Shown here: positions 9,875 through 18,977 of the stretch, one piece after another
How positions within the stretch are numbered: position 1 is the first letter of the stretch
Layout: each line of letters starts with the position of its first letter
Source of the DNA: a bacterium
GTDB lineage: Bacteria; UBA8248; JACPRG01; G963555815
Assembly (NCBI GenBank): GCA_963555815.3
Contig: CAUVWX020000001.1
Span: 1,216,001 to 1,280,000, forward strand
Length of the DNA: 64,000 bases
Direction: 5' to 3'
Translations under genes and position numbers: made by a program
The notes under the pieces: model-generated
What the model was told of the DNA's origin: nothing
The model's input: only the letters and a program-made list of their open reading frames with translations
Database searches by the model: none

Positions 9875-11185
9875 TCATGGGCCCTTCAGTTTTTTGGTAA
9901 GTTCGAGAGCGCGGCGAGAAAGCTCCCGGCGCCGTCGGGCGTATTCTTCCGCGGAGACACGGCCCGCTTCGTGGGCGTTATCCAGGGTCGCAATCTCAAC
10001 CAAGACCTTTTCGCGCTTCTCTAAGGCGCTCTCCTGCTTGGCCTTCTCTTGGACTTTTGGCGCCTCGCGAGGTGGCGCTGGCCGGCGTTCTGCCTTTGCG
10101 CTCTCCTGGGCTTTTTTCACTTCGGGGCGCTGCACGGGTGGCCGACCCGCCGTCTTGACCGCGCGCCTCTTGCGATTCCTTCGTACCAAATACGGAATGG
10201 AAAGACCCCCCACCAGGACGGCCAGGAGGATGAAGAAGATGGGCTGAAAGGACGTGCTCTCGACGTCGCGGCTGACGATGAACCCCACCTGTCGGCCCGG
10301 TTGGAGGTTCGCCGCCGACAAAAAATGGTAACGTTGCCCCTGGATCTCCAGGGGGACCCCCCGGGTCGCGAGGTCTTCGCTCGCAAGACGCATTCCCGCC
10401 CACAAGATGTCAGGTGTCATCACGGCCAGGCGGGTCGTGGGCAGGCTGATTCGCTTCTCGATGGCGAACTGAGGCGGAGGGTCTGGGATCATATAGCGGA
10501 ATGAGATCTCCCGCACGCCCGGCGGGATGGGCTCTGACACTACGAGGCCGTCTGGGCCCCTTCGCAGGGCGTCCGGAAACAGCCCCTCGGGCGACGAGAA
10601 GAGTTCCGCCTCAGGTGGGAGGGACAGGTGCAGGGTCGTTTGGTCCTGGCCCACATAGGTGGTCTTCCCCCGGTTCACCAGGCGAAGCACCTCGTGGAAG
10701 ATGAGACGGGGCGCGTCCTCCTCCTGGTATTCGCCTGTTCCCCTCCCCAATATTCTCTCTTGATCCACGCCTTCGAGCGTCACTAAGATTTCGTGGTTCT
10801 CGATGACGACGTCGCCCATCTCCGGCGTCGCCTCGTAGATGGTGATGCGTTGGCCCTCTGTCTCCAGCTCCACCCGGCCCATGTAGGGGACCCCCTGATA
10901 GTTTGTTACGGCGACCATGTGGGCCAATTCATTGGAAGGGGTCAGGGAAAAGCTGAACCGCCCTCCTTCGGCGGTCTCTGTCTGGCCGAGGGCCTGGAAC
11001 TGCGAAGATTCCCCCCCCAGAGTAAAGAGAGTCACCTCAAGCCCCACCGGCCCGGGCTGATCCAGGGTCCCGTTAAAAAACTCCCCTTCCACGCGCACGG
11101 TCTCCTCTCCTCCCTCCTGGGCCAATGCCCCTGAGGAGATGAGGAGGAGTGAGAGAAAGAGGAGATACGGCGCCCTCAAGGTCAA
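9875..11185 (-). CDS. ccm-associated membrane protein (signal peptide, ~290-aa exported domain, TM, charged tail with CcmI/SHOCT-like motif)
   Basis: LLISSGALA/QE signal; TM IFFILLAVLVGGLSIPYLV; tail IATLDNAHEAGRVSAEEY. Confidence 0.75.
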   Translation of the reverse strand: MTLRAPYLLFLSLLLISSGALAQEGGEETVRVEGEFFNGTLDQPGPVGLEVTLFTLGGESSQFQALGQTETAEGGRFSFSLTPSNELAHMVAVTNYQGVPYMGRVELETEGQRITIYEATPEMGDVVIENHEILVTLEGVDQERILGRGTGEYQEEDAPRLIFHEVLRLVNRGKTTYVGQDQTTLHLSLPPEAELFSSPEGLFPDALRRGPDGLVVSEPIPPGVREISFRYMIPDPPPQFAIEKRISLPTTRLAVMTPDILWAGMRLASEDLATRGVPLEIQGQRYHFLSAANLQPGRQVGFIVSRDVESTSFQPIFFILLAVLVGGLSIPYLVRRNRKRRAVKTAGRPPVQRPEVKKAQESAKAERRPAPPREAPKVQEKAKQESALEKREKVLVEIATLDNAHEAGRVSAEEYARRRRELSRRALELTKKLKGP

Positions 11186-11197
11186 AACGGACGACTC

Positions 11198-11674
11198 CTA
11201 TTTCGAAGGGGGTGTCAGATCGGCTCCGCAGTGCGGGCAGAAATTGTCGGCGGTGCGGATTGGGCACCCGCAACCGGGGCACGAAGGCTCCGGGTCGGCT
11301 TCCGGTTGAGATGGAGGGGGGGGAGCCTCAAGCTTGGTGCGAAGGGCGAGGATCTCGCGCTCTATGGCGATGGCCAGCTCCTCATCATCCTCCGGGGCCT
11401 CCTCTTTTAGCGCATCGATGGCCTTCAGGACTTCGATGGCTCGGGCCCGGTAGCGGGCTTCCAGCTGGCGAAAATCCTCCTCGGAGAGCTTTCCCGAAAC
11501 TCGGTCAAAATCCAGCTCCTTCAAGGTGGAGTAAAGGGTTTCTTTTGTGGCGACGAGCTCTTGAAGCTGAAGCCGGAACTCCCAGGATTCATCCTTCTCG
11601 TAATGGCGTCTGAGGGGATAAAGGACTGCCGCAAGGCCCCCAAGGCCCATCAAAGCAATAAGGAGGACTGTCAC
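11198..11674 (-). CDS. CcmI-like membrane-anchored protein with C-terminal zinc ribbon
   Basis: N-terminal TM; LKELDFDRVSGKLSEEDF; CPGCG...FCPHCG; GTGA overlap with ccmF. Confidence 0.78.
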   Translation of the reverse strand: MTVLLIALMGLGGLAAVLYPLRRHYEKDESWEFRLQLQELVATKETLYSTLKELDFDRVSGKLSEEDFRQLEARYRARAIEVLKAIDALKEEAPEDDEELAIAIEREILALRTKLEAPPPPSQPEADPEPSCPGCGCPIRTADNFCPHCGADLTPPSK

Positions 11675-13650
11675 CGCACAACCTTCTCGGGGACTCGGGG
11701 GGCAGGGGATCGGCGGCGTTGCGGTTCAGGCAGGACGATGATGATGGTCCCCAAGACGAAGATGAGCCCGCCGATCCAGATCCAGGAGACGAGGGGGTTC
11801 AGGAAGAAGCGGAAGGTGGCCGAGCCGTCCTCGTTCACAGAGCCTAGGAGGATGTAGACATCCTCCTTCAGCGTGGAGCGAATGGCCACCTCTGTCGTGG
11901 GCGTCTCGGGATTTCGGTAAAGGCGCCGCGCCGGGAGCATGTGCTCGATCTCCATCCCGTTGCGTCTGAGGCTCACGTTGGTGAAGACCGTCTGAAAACG
12001 GGCCTCCGAGCGTTCGCCCGCGTCCTGATACTGGAGCCAGTAATCCCCCAGGGAGGCCATTTCCCCGGGCCGCAGCGTCACCTCCTTCTGGACCTGAAAG
12101 GCCGAGGAGGCCGCAATCCCAGCAAAGATGGCCACTATCCCCAGGTGGACGATGTAGCCCCCGTAACGCCGTTTGTTCTTTCGCGTCAGGTTGACCAAGG
12201 CTTGAGCGGCCCCCTCCTCCGAGGTCCGCTGCCGCGCCCGCGTCCCGCGGTAAAACTCACCCACGATGGTGGTCAGCACAAAGGCGCCGAGCGAGAGGGC
12301 CAATAGGGCGTAAAAATGCCTCACTCCCAGAGCGAAGAGGACCATGCCCGCGATAAACCCGATAAGGATCGGTTTCATAAAATGCTTCTTTAGGTGTTTG
12401 GCCGACGCCTTCCTCCAAGCGATGACGGGGCCCACGCCGAGGAGGAGAAGGAGAGAAATGCCGATAGGGACATTCACCCGGTTGAAGAACGGTGGGCCCA
12501 CAGTCACCCGGGTGCCCGTGATGGCCTCAGAGATGAGGGGGAAGACCGTCCCCCACCATATCGAGAAGGCCGCCCCCACCAGGATCAAGTTGTTGACGAG
12601 AAAAGTGCTCTCCCGCGAGAGAAAGGAGTCCAGGGTGTTGGCGCTCTGGAGCTTGTCAAGACGCCAGAAAAGGAGGCCGAGTGAGACCCCGATCACGACG
12701 CCCAGATAGACCAGGAAGAAAAAGCCCAGATTGGACTGGGCGAAGGCGTGGACGCTGGAGATGACCCCGCTTCGGACGATGAAGGTTCCGAAGATGCTCA
12801 GGGTGAAGGTCATCATGATGAGGACCAGGTTCCACACCTTCAGCATCCCCTTCTTCTCTTGAAGCATGACCGAGTGGAGAAAGGCTGTCCCCGTGATCCA
12901 GGGCAGGATGGAGACGTTCTCCACCGGGTCCCAGCCCCAGTAACCCCCCCAGCCAAGCTCTCGGTAGGCCCACCAGGCTCCCAGGAGGTTTCCGACCCCC
13001 AGAAAGCACCAGGCGGCCAGAGACCAGCGCCGGGTTGTCCGGATCCACTCGTCTCCGAGCCGCCCCGTGACGAGAGCTGCGATGGCGAAGGCGAAGGGGA
13101 TGGTCCAGGCGATGTAGCCCAGGTAAAGCATGGGGGGGTGGATGACCATCGCGGGGTCCTGGAGGAGGGGGTTCAGGCCCCGGCCGTCAGGAGGAGCAGG
13201 GCTCAAGATCCAGAAGGGGTTATCAGAGAAGATGAGAAGGATATAGAAGAAGAGGGCTGTCCCCATGATGACGGTTGTCACGAAAGGCATTAAGGGCCGG
13301 TTCTTCTCCCGGTTCTGGTAATGGACAACGGCAGAGAAGATGGTGAGGAGCCAGACCCAGAAGAGGAGGGAGTTTGCTTGCCCTCCCCAAAGGGCCGCTC
13401 CCTTGTAAGCAAATGGCAGGGAACGGTTGCTCGTGGTGGCGACGCCCGCGAAGGAAAAGTTGTCGGTCAGGAGAATATATTCGAGGGCCAGGACGGCGAT
13501 TGTCGTGAGGACGGTGACGACGTAGGCGGCGCTTCGGCTGCTGGCGATGAGCTCAGGGCTGCGAAGCTTGCCGCCCCAAAAGGAAGCGACCCCTGCGTAG
13601 AGGGAGAAAAAGCCCGCCAGCAGTATCCCGTAGTAACCAATGTCTCCCAT
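11671..13650 (-). CDS. ccmF: heme lyase CcmF
   Basis: GLNPLLQ...HPPMLYLGY; WAYRELGWGGYWGWDPVEN; RSGVISSVHAFA. Confidence 0.97.
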   Translation of the reverse strand: MGDIGYYGILLAGFFSLYAGVASFWGGKLRSPELIASSRSAAYVVTVLTTIAVLALEYILLTDNFSFAGVATTSNRSLPFAYKGAALWGGQANSLLFWVWLLTIFSAVVHYQNREKNRPLMPFVTTVIMGTALFFYILLIFSDNPFWILSPAPPDGRGLNPLLQDPAMVIHPPMLYLGYIAWTIPFAFAIAALVTGRLGDEWIRTTRRWSLAAWCFLGVGNLLGAWWAYRELGWGGYWGWDPVENVSILPWITGTAFLHSVMLQEKKGMLKVWNLVLIMMTFTLSIFGTFIVRSGVISSVHAFAQSNLGFFFLVYLGVVIGVSLGLLFWRLDKLQSANTLDSFLSRESTFLVNNLILVGAAFSIWWGTVFPLISEAITGTRVTVGPPFFNRVNVPIGISLLLLLGVGPVIAWRKASAKHLKKHFMKPILIGFIAGMVLFALGVRHFYALLALSLGAFVLTTIVGEFYRGTRARQRTSEEGAAQALVNLTRKNKRRYGGYIVHLGIVAIFAGIAASSAFQVQKEVTLRPGEMASLGDYWLQYQDAGERSEARFQTVFTNVSLRRNGMEIEHMLPARRLYRNPETPTTEVAIRSTLKEDVYILLGSVNEDGSATFRFFLNPLVSWIWIGGLIFVLGTIIIVLPEPQRRRSPAPRVPEKVVR

Positions 13651-13687
13651 CTAACGATGGTCCTACGCCAAGAGAGGCGGGTTGAAT

Positions 13688-14104
13688 CTAATTGTGCGAT
13701 TCAATACGGGCCGACAGCTCGGCCTCATACTTGGAGGGGCAGGCTGTCATCACGTTACTGGCGACGAGGACACCATCTTCGCCATACTCGCCTTCCACAA
13801 TGACCGTGGCCCCGTCCTTGAAGAGGTCGGGGACGATGCCCTGAAAGTGGACCGGGAGGACCTGAATTCCGTCTATCATCTTGAAGTCATGGACCCGGTG
13901 GTCCAAGCTCTGCTGGATGGAACCTTCCAGGACCTTTCCTGCGACCCGGAGGCCCTTACCGTGAAGCTCTGTGGCCAGTGCCTGGATCTCGTCGATCTTG
14001 TGGAAGTACTTTACCCCCTCCATGATACCGGAGACGGACAGGTACGTAATGGCTCCGAAGATGATGACTCCCCCGAGGACGAACTGGAGCTTTTTCCGCC
14101 TCAT
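13688..14104 (-). CDS. ccmE: heme chaperone CcmE, CxxxY (System I*) type
   Basis: N-terminal TM; LRVAGKV; PDLFKDG; MTACPSKY in place of HxxxY. Confidence 0.93.
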   Translation of the reverse strand: MRRKKLQFVLGGVIIFGAITYLSVSGIMEGVKYFHKIDEIQALATELHGKGLRVAGKVLEGSIQQSLDHRVHDFKMIDGIQVLPVHFQGIVPDLFKDGATVIVEGEYGEDGVLVASNVMTACPSKYEAELSARIESHN

Positions 14105-14159
14105 CTAACTTTCCCCCCGTTCTTCCAATTTCCGGTGAAAATTCACGCTGTACCTCAGT

Positions 14160-17100
14160 CTATCGCGTCTCTGTTGGGGGATCAAGGGAGTAGTGCCCCG
14201 CTCTGGTTTGCGTGTCATCCAGCCCTTCAGCCTTCTGGGTGCCTTCAAGCCCATCCTCCTCGTCGAGCGTGAACTGGCCTACCAGGGCCTTTAGGGCCGC
14301 CTCTACGACCCGGTCGTGGTCCTCAGGCGTGAGGGCGCTTCCGACCTTCTTTCGGACCTCCTCCCAGAAAGGTGTGTTGTAGTGCTTGTGGCAGGCGACG
14401 CACGTCCCCTCCCTTTCCACTAGATTACGCTGGCGCTCGTTCAACGGGCGGTCTTCGAGGTGGGGCATGTTCTGGGTCTGGAAGCCGTCGCGCGTCACGA
14501 GCTGGTCCAGGGCGAAGGGGAACTCCGGAATCCCGGGGACCTGCTGCCTTTCAGTCTTGGCGCCAGGAAGCCCGGGGTTGTACCCCTTGGACATATCGCC
14601 GAAGAAAGGCTCTCCACCGTTCAGCAGGCCCTGACTTCGCGAGTTGCCTGTCCCGTAGCCGATGGTCTTGGGATTCGTGTGGCAGCTCTCGCAGGTGCGT
14701 GCGGGGATGGAATTGGTGTGGGGCTGGAGGGGGGCCATGGTGATGGAATTGAATCCGTCACTCGTCTGATAGTGCCTGTTGATGGTGACGACAGTCCCGT
14801 CCTGATCCACGTAGGTGAAGAAGACCTGGCAGCCCGGGATGATGGGTGAGACCCTGCCCTTGGTGTTCACGCCCAAGATGGGGTCTTCCCACCGTGTGAA
14901 GCTCCGGTTCTCTACCGTGACCTTGCCCCGTGTCTTTACGATCTGCTGTTTTCCCGTATCCGGATCGTGATTAAGGCTTGAGAGAACCCAGTCCGTCGAG
15001 AATTCCCGCCGATCGTATTTGGTGTGGCAGCCGAAGCACTGAGGTGCCCATACGGCGTGGCAAGCGAAGCACTCCAGCTTGTCTATATGCTGGGAGACCA
15101 CGGCCATGGCCACCTTCCCCTGCTCCGTCTTCCAGTTGTCGTGGAGGTTTTTTTCTTTGAGAAGGGGGATCTCGTGCTCCTTCCCGCTGACCTTGCCGGT
15201 CAGGATTGCCTTGTCGCCTTTCCTGACCGCATTCCCCCGGACATTCCCCCGGGACGTGAGGAGGTATTGCACTTCATCCTTATCGAAAGTCCCTCTGGAT
15301 CCGGGGAGCTCCACCTTCCCTCCGTAGCCGACCGGGAGTTCCCAGGGGTATTCGGTGGGTGTGCCGTGGCAGTCGGCGCAATTCGTTTCCACCTGAAATG
15401 GGATGCTTGGATAAATGTTTCCGTCGCCGTGCATCTCTACAGAGGTGTGGCAGTCTATGCACGCAAGCCCCCGCTCATGGTGCACGTCTTCCCTGACGGG
15501 CAGGTACTCTTTGCTGAAGAGTTGCTCTTGTGGGTTTCCATCCTCGTCATACGGGGTCGCCTTTCCGTCCGCCACGTAGTCGAACTCGGTGGCTCCGGCG
15601 TAATTGGTGCCGATGCGCGACCCCCGGGCGTGGCAGTGGGTGCACTGGGCGACAGGAATTTTAACGGTGATCTCATGCTTGAATGGGTGAACGGCCTTTT
15701 CCTTGGGGATCGTCGGATCGCCCCCCTCGTAAAAACCTTCATTTGTGTAGGGGACATGGCACGCCGCGCAGCCGCCCGCCCTTCGGTCGCCCCGCCCCCG
15801 TCTGCCTTCGACCCAGATGTGGCACCGGGAGCACTCCTTCCGATAGTAGTCGGAGAAGGCGGCCTTAACCGGGTCCTTCCAGAGCTCCAGTGCCTCGTCG
15901 AAGGCGGGTATCTGCTTGGCCTCGTCCACCCGCTTGATGGCATCGGCTTCGAGGGCCTTGGCGATCCACTCCTTGTAGACGTCGGTCCCCACCGAAGGGA
16001 CACCACCATCGGTGTCCTTCAGGGCGAAGGCGGAGTAGATGTAGTCCCCCTTGGGCACTATGCCGTTCGAGGTTAGTGTGTGGGTGGCCTTCCCGAATTC
16101 CGTCGCCATGAGGCCCCGCTGCATTCGGTAGACGTGGTTGCTCCCGGTGAGGCCGCTCGGGTCACTTGCGAAGGAGACAACGTCCATGAGCCCGCCGCCC
16201 ACGGCGTGGGGAAAGTCTGTGCCGTGGACGCTCTTGAGGGTGTCACGGCCGGTGTGGCACTTGGCGCAGCCTTGGCCGAAGCTGATGACCCACATGCTCG
16301 AGGGATTCGGGAATATCCCGAGGTGAGCCTCTTGCTTGGTGGTGCCGTCGGGATTGCCCCCGTGGCACACCGCACAGCTTCGCCCTTCGACCCCGCCTCC
16401 GAAGGCCACCAGATGCGGCATCATCTCGTCGTTGATGTCCTCGATCCCCTGGTGGCAGGAGAGGCATCCTTTTTCCCGGGCGACTTCCGGCGGGACAGAG
16501 GCGAATTGCTCAGAAATTTCAGGGTCCCAGTTCTCCTCGGGCGGGTCCTGTCTTGCCCCCTCTAGGGAGAATGACCCCCTGAGAGCGACAAAGAGGTTTC
16601 TCCACTCTCGGCGCTTGCGGGCCTCGCCCTTTTCGGCGAGGTCGGCCACGTATCGGGCCAGGTCCCAGGCCTCTTCGGGGGACTCAAAGATATCTGCGAA
16701 AGAGGGCATGGGCGTGCCATCGATCCCCAACGCGAGGATCCGGACGATGTCGCGAGGTCGGCCTCCCCCTTTGAAGAAGGTCTTCCCCCGGGTGATGTCC
16801 AGAGGATAGGTCTTGTTTCCCCATGCGTCTGTCAGTGTGTCCGCTGAGGGGCCATCCCCGCGCCCTTGTTCGCCGTGGCACTGGAAGCACTCAATCTTCT
16901 CGTAGACGAGCTTTCCCCGGGCAATGGAGTCTGAGATTTGGCCCAGGTCCTCCGGGTCTACGGAGTCCTCAGAAAAAGGAATGGGGTCTTCCCGGTAAGC
17001 CTCGTTGAATTGGGCCAATTGCTTGACGTAATAGACCAGCGCCCAACGCTCTTGGACGGAGAAGTGGCGGAAGGAGGGCATGCCGTACTGCGAGAAACCC

Positions 17101-17531
17101 GTCGTGATGGTGCGGAACAGATCGTGGTCGCTGGGAGGGCTTCCTTCGGGGGTGGTGCGGAACTTAAAGATGCCCCGGGTGTAGTCTCGGGGCTTCGTGA
17201 TCATGAACTGGGCGCTCTTACCGGTGCCGTCACCCTTGATCCCGTGGCATTGAGCGCAGACCCTCTCAAAGATCTCTCGGCCCGTCTGAAGCAGGGCAGG
17301 GGTTTCCTCTATCTGCTCCTCAATTGCCTCTTCCCAGGGGACAGGGGGCGGGGCTGGAAAAAGAAGCCGGTCGATCTCATTGTTGTGCGCCTCAGAGAGC
17401 TGTACTATCCCATTTTCGGTTCGCTCTTGCCCGTTTGCATGGTCCGGGCGAGGGGAGAACAGATAGAGGAAGGAGAGCGAGACAAGGACCGCTGAAGCGA
17501 CAGTGACTACGCCCCGATGTGCCTCTCTCAT
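14160..17531 (-). CDS. 14-heme c-type cytochrome: diheme class-I module fused to a 12-heme module
   Basis: 14 CxxCH counted by hand (CAQCH, CFQCH, CLSCH, CAVCH, CAKCH, CSRCH, CAACH, CTHCH, CIDCH, CADCH, CFACH, CFGCH, CESCH, CVACH); hydrophobic N-terminus; first two hemes followed by GMPSF/PMPSF. Confidence 0.92.
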   Translation of the reverse strand: MREAHRGVVTVASAVLVSLSFLYLFSPRPDHANGQERTENGIVQLSEAHNNEIDRLLFPAPPPVPWEEAIEEQIEETPALLQTGREIFERVCAQCHGIKGDGTGKSAQFMITKPRDYTRGIFKFRTTPEGSPPSDHDLFRTITTGFSQYGMPSFRHFSVQERWALVYYVKQLAQFNEAYREDPIPFSEDSVDPEDLGQISDSIARGKLVYEKIECFQCHGEQGRGDGPSADTLTDAWGNKTYPLDITRGKTFFKGGGRPRDIVRILALGIDGTPMPSFADIFESPEEAWDLARYVADLAEKGEARKRREWRNLFVALRGSFSLEGARQDPPEENWDPEISEQFASVPPEVAREKGCLSCHQGIEDINDEMMPHLVAFGGGVEGRSCAVCHGGNPDGTTKQEAHLGIFPNPSSMWVISFGQGCAKCHTGRDTLKSVHGTDFPHAVGGGLMDVVSFASDPSGLTGSNHVYRMQRGLMATEFGKATHTLTSNGIVPKGDYIYSAFALKDTDGGVPSVGTDVYKEWIAKALEADAIKRVDEAKQIPAFDEALELWKDPVKAAFSDYYRKECSRCHIWVEGRRGRGDRRAGGCAACHVPYTNEGFYEGGDPTIPKEKAVHPFKHEITVKIPVAQCTHCHARGSRIGTNYAGATEFDYVADGKATPYDEDGNPQEQLFSKEYLPVREDVHHERGLACIDCHTSVEMHGDGNIYPSIPFQVETNCADCHGTPTEYPWELPVGYGGKVELPGSRGTFDKDEVQYLLTSRGNVRGNAVRKGDKAILTGKVSGKEHEIPLLKEKNLHDNWKTEQGKVAMAVVSQHIDKLECFACHAVWAPQCFGCHTKYDRREFSTDWVLSSLNHDPDTGKQQIVKTRGKVTVENRSFTRWEDPILGVNTKGRVSPIIPGCQVFFTYVDQDGTVVTINRHYQTSDGFNSITMAPLQPHTNSIPARTCESCHTNPKTIGYGTGNSRSQGLLNGGEPFFGDMSKGYNPGLPGAKTERQQVPGIPEFPFALDQLVTRDGFQTQNMPHLEDRPLNERQRNLVEREGTCVACHKHYNTPFWEEVRKKVGSALTPEDHDRVVEAALKALVGQFTLDEEDGLEGTQKAEGLDDTQTRAGHYSLDPPTETR

Positions 17532-17543
17532 GGGGCCATCCCT

Positions 17544-17573
17544 TTAGGGTAAGTCCGATTAGGGTAGGTCCGA
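17544..17573. repeat. 15-bp tandem direct repeat (1 mismatch) just upstream of the cytochrome RBS
   Basis: TTAGGGTAAGTCCGA / TTAGGGTAGGTCCGA. Confidence 0.75.
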
Positions 17574-17590
17574 AAAAACAGAGTGCGACT

Positions 17591-17608
17591 TCGAGAAAAT
17601 TTTCACAA
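17591..17608 (-). promoter_or_regulatory. Rex-like (or CRP/FNR-family) operator upstream of the multiheme/ccm operon
   Basis: minus strand TTGTGAAAATTTTCTCGA vs Rex consensus TTGTGAA-N4-TTCACAA, 2 mismatches. Confidence 0.4.
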
Positions 17609-17745
17609 GCGTCACCGGGGCGCACCACCCTTTTTCCCCATCAACACCTTACCCTGCTCCTTTTACCGCTAACACGCCCCTCCAGTCAAGCGCCCCACCC
17701 CCGGATTTGTCTTTTTCTGGTCTCTGTGGACCTGACATCGCTTTC

Positions 17746-18753
17746 TTAACCCTGGGGACGCTCGATCCAGCTCATCATCGCCCTCAGGCGCTTTCCCACC
17801 TCCTCTATGGGATGGCGGGCGTCGCTCTTGGTGAGGGCGTTAAAGACGGGCCTTCCGGCAAGGTTTTCTTGAATCCACTCCCGGGCGAACCGACCCGACT
17901 GGATCTCGGCCAGGATCTCCTTCATGGTCCGGCGGACATTGTCGTCGATGACGCGGCGCCCCCGGGTCACGTCCCCGTACTGGGCGGTATCGCTCACCGA
18001 GTAGCGCATCCCCCCGATGCCCCCTTCGTAGATGAGGTCCACGATGAGCTTTAGCTCGTGAAGGACCTCGAAGTAGGCGATCTCCGGCTGGTAGCCGGCC
18101 TCCACCAGGGTGTCGAAACTGGCCCGGATGAGCTCTGAGACCCCTCCGCAGAGGATGACCTGCTCTCCGAAGAGATCGGTCTCCGTCTCCTCCTGAAAGG
18201 TGGTCTCAATGATGCCGGCCCGCGTGCATCCCACCCCCTTGCCGTAGGCCAGGGCCAGCTCCTTGCACTTTCCCGTGGCGTCCTGGTGAATGGCCAGAAG
18301 GGCCGGGACCCCACGGCCTTCGACGAACTGCCGGCGCATGATGTGGCCCGGGCTCTTGGGGGCGATCATGAAGACGTCGAGTCCCGGGTCCGGCTTGATC
18401 TGCCCGAAGACGATGTTGAACCCGTGGGCGGCGACCAGGGCGTTGCCCGTCTTCATCTTGGGCCCGATGTGCTCCTCATAGAGCTGTCTCTGAACATCAT
18501 CCTGGGTCAGGAGGACGACGACGTCGGCGGCCTCGGCGGCCTCGCCAGGGGGCATGACCTTCAGGCCATCACTCTTTACCTTGGCGGCGGTTTTGCTTCC
18601 CTCTCGAAGGCCCACCAGGACGCGAACTCCGCTGTCTTTGAGATTGAGGGCGTGGGCGTGCCCCTGGCTGCCGTAGCCGATGACGGCGACGGTGCGGTTC
18701 TGAAGGGGAGACAGGTCGGCATCGCGGTCATAGAACACCTTCGCCTGTGACAT
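17746..18753 (-). CDS. ilvC: ketol-acid reductoisomerase (class I)
   Basis: [38 protein letters not shown]. Confidence 0.98.
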   Translation of the reverse strand: MSQAKVFYDRDADLSPLQNRTVAVIGYGSQGHAHALNLKDSGVRVLVGLREGSKTAAKVKSDGLKVMPPGEAAEAADVVVLLTQDDVQRQLYEEHIGPKMKTGNALVAAHGFNIVFGQIKPDPGLDVFMIAPKSPGHIMRRQFVEGRGVPALLAIHQDATGKCKELALAYGKGVGCTRAGIIETTFQEETETDLFGEQVILCGGVSELIRASFDTLVEAGYQPEIAYFEVLHELKLIVDLIYEGGIGGMRYSVSDTAQYGDVTRGRRVIDDNVRRTMKEILAEIQSGRFAREWIQENLAGRPVFNALTKSDARHPIEEVGKRLRAMMSWIERPQG

Positions 18754-18938
18754 CGTGCAAAAACCTCCTCGGGCAAAAGGGACTCAGACGCCGTCAGAAG
18801 AGACCTCTCCTGCGACGTTTCGACGTATTCCGCGAACCTTAGAGAGATAATAAGGAGAATATGGCCTTGTAGCAGAAAGCGGGAAAGGGTGTCAAGAAGG
18901 CTGGCCGGCCCATGTCCCGTTTTATCACCGATTTAGTG

Positions 18939-18968
18939 TTGACAATGGAGTCCCCTTGTGGATAGCTT
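18939..18968 (+). promoter_or_regulatory. putative sigma70 promoter of the NMT1-like binding-protein gene
   Basis: TTGACA-N18-TAGCTT ending 10 nt before the ATG at 18978. Confidence 0.45.
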
Positions 18969-18977
18969 CAAAGCCAA

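Noticed and set aside
14135..14146. Second Rex box (GTGAAAATTCAC) before ccmE
   Set aside because: Half-sites are 2 nt apart rather than 4; too short to support
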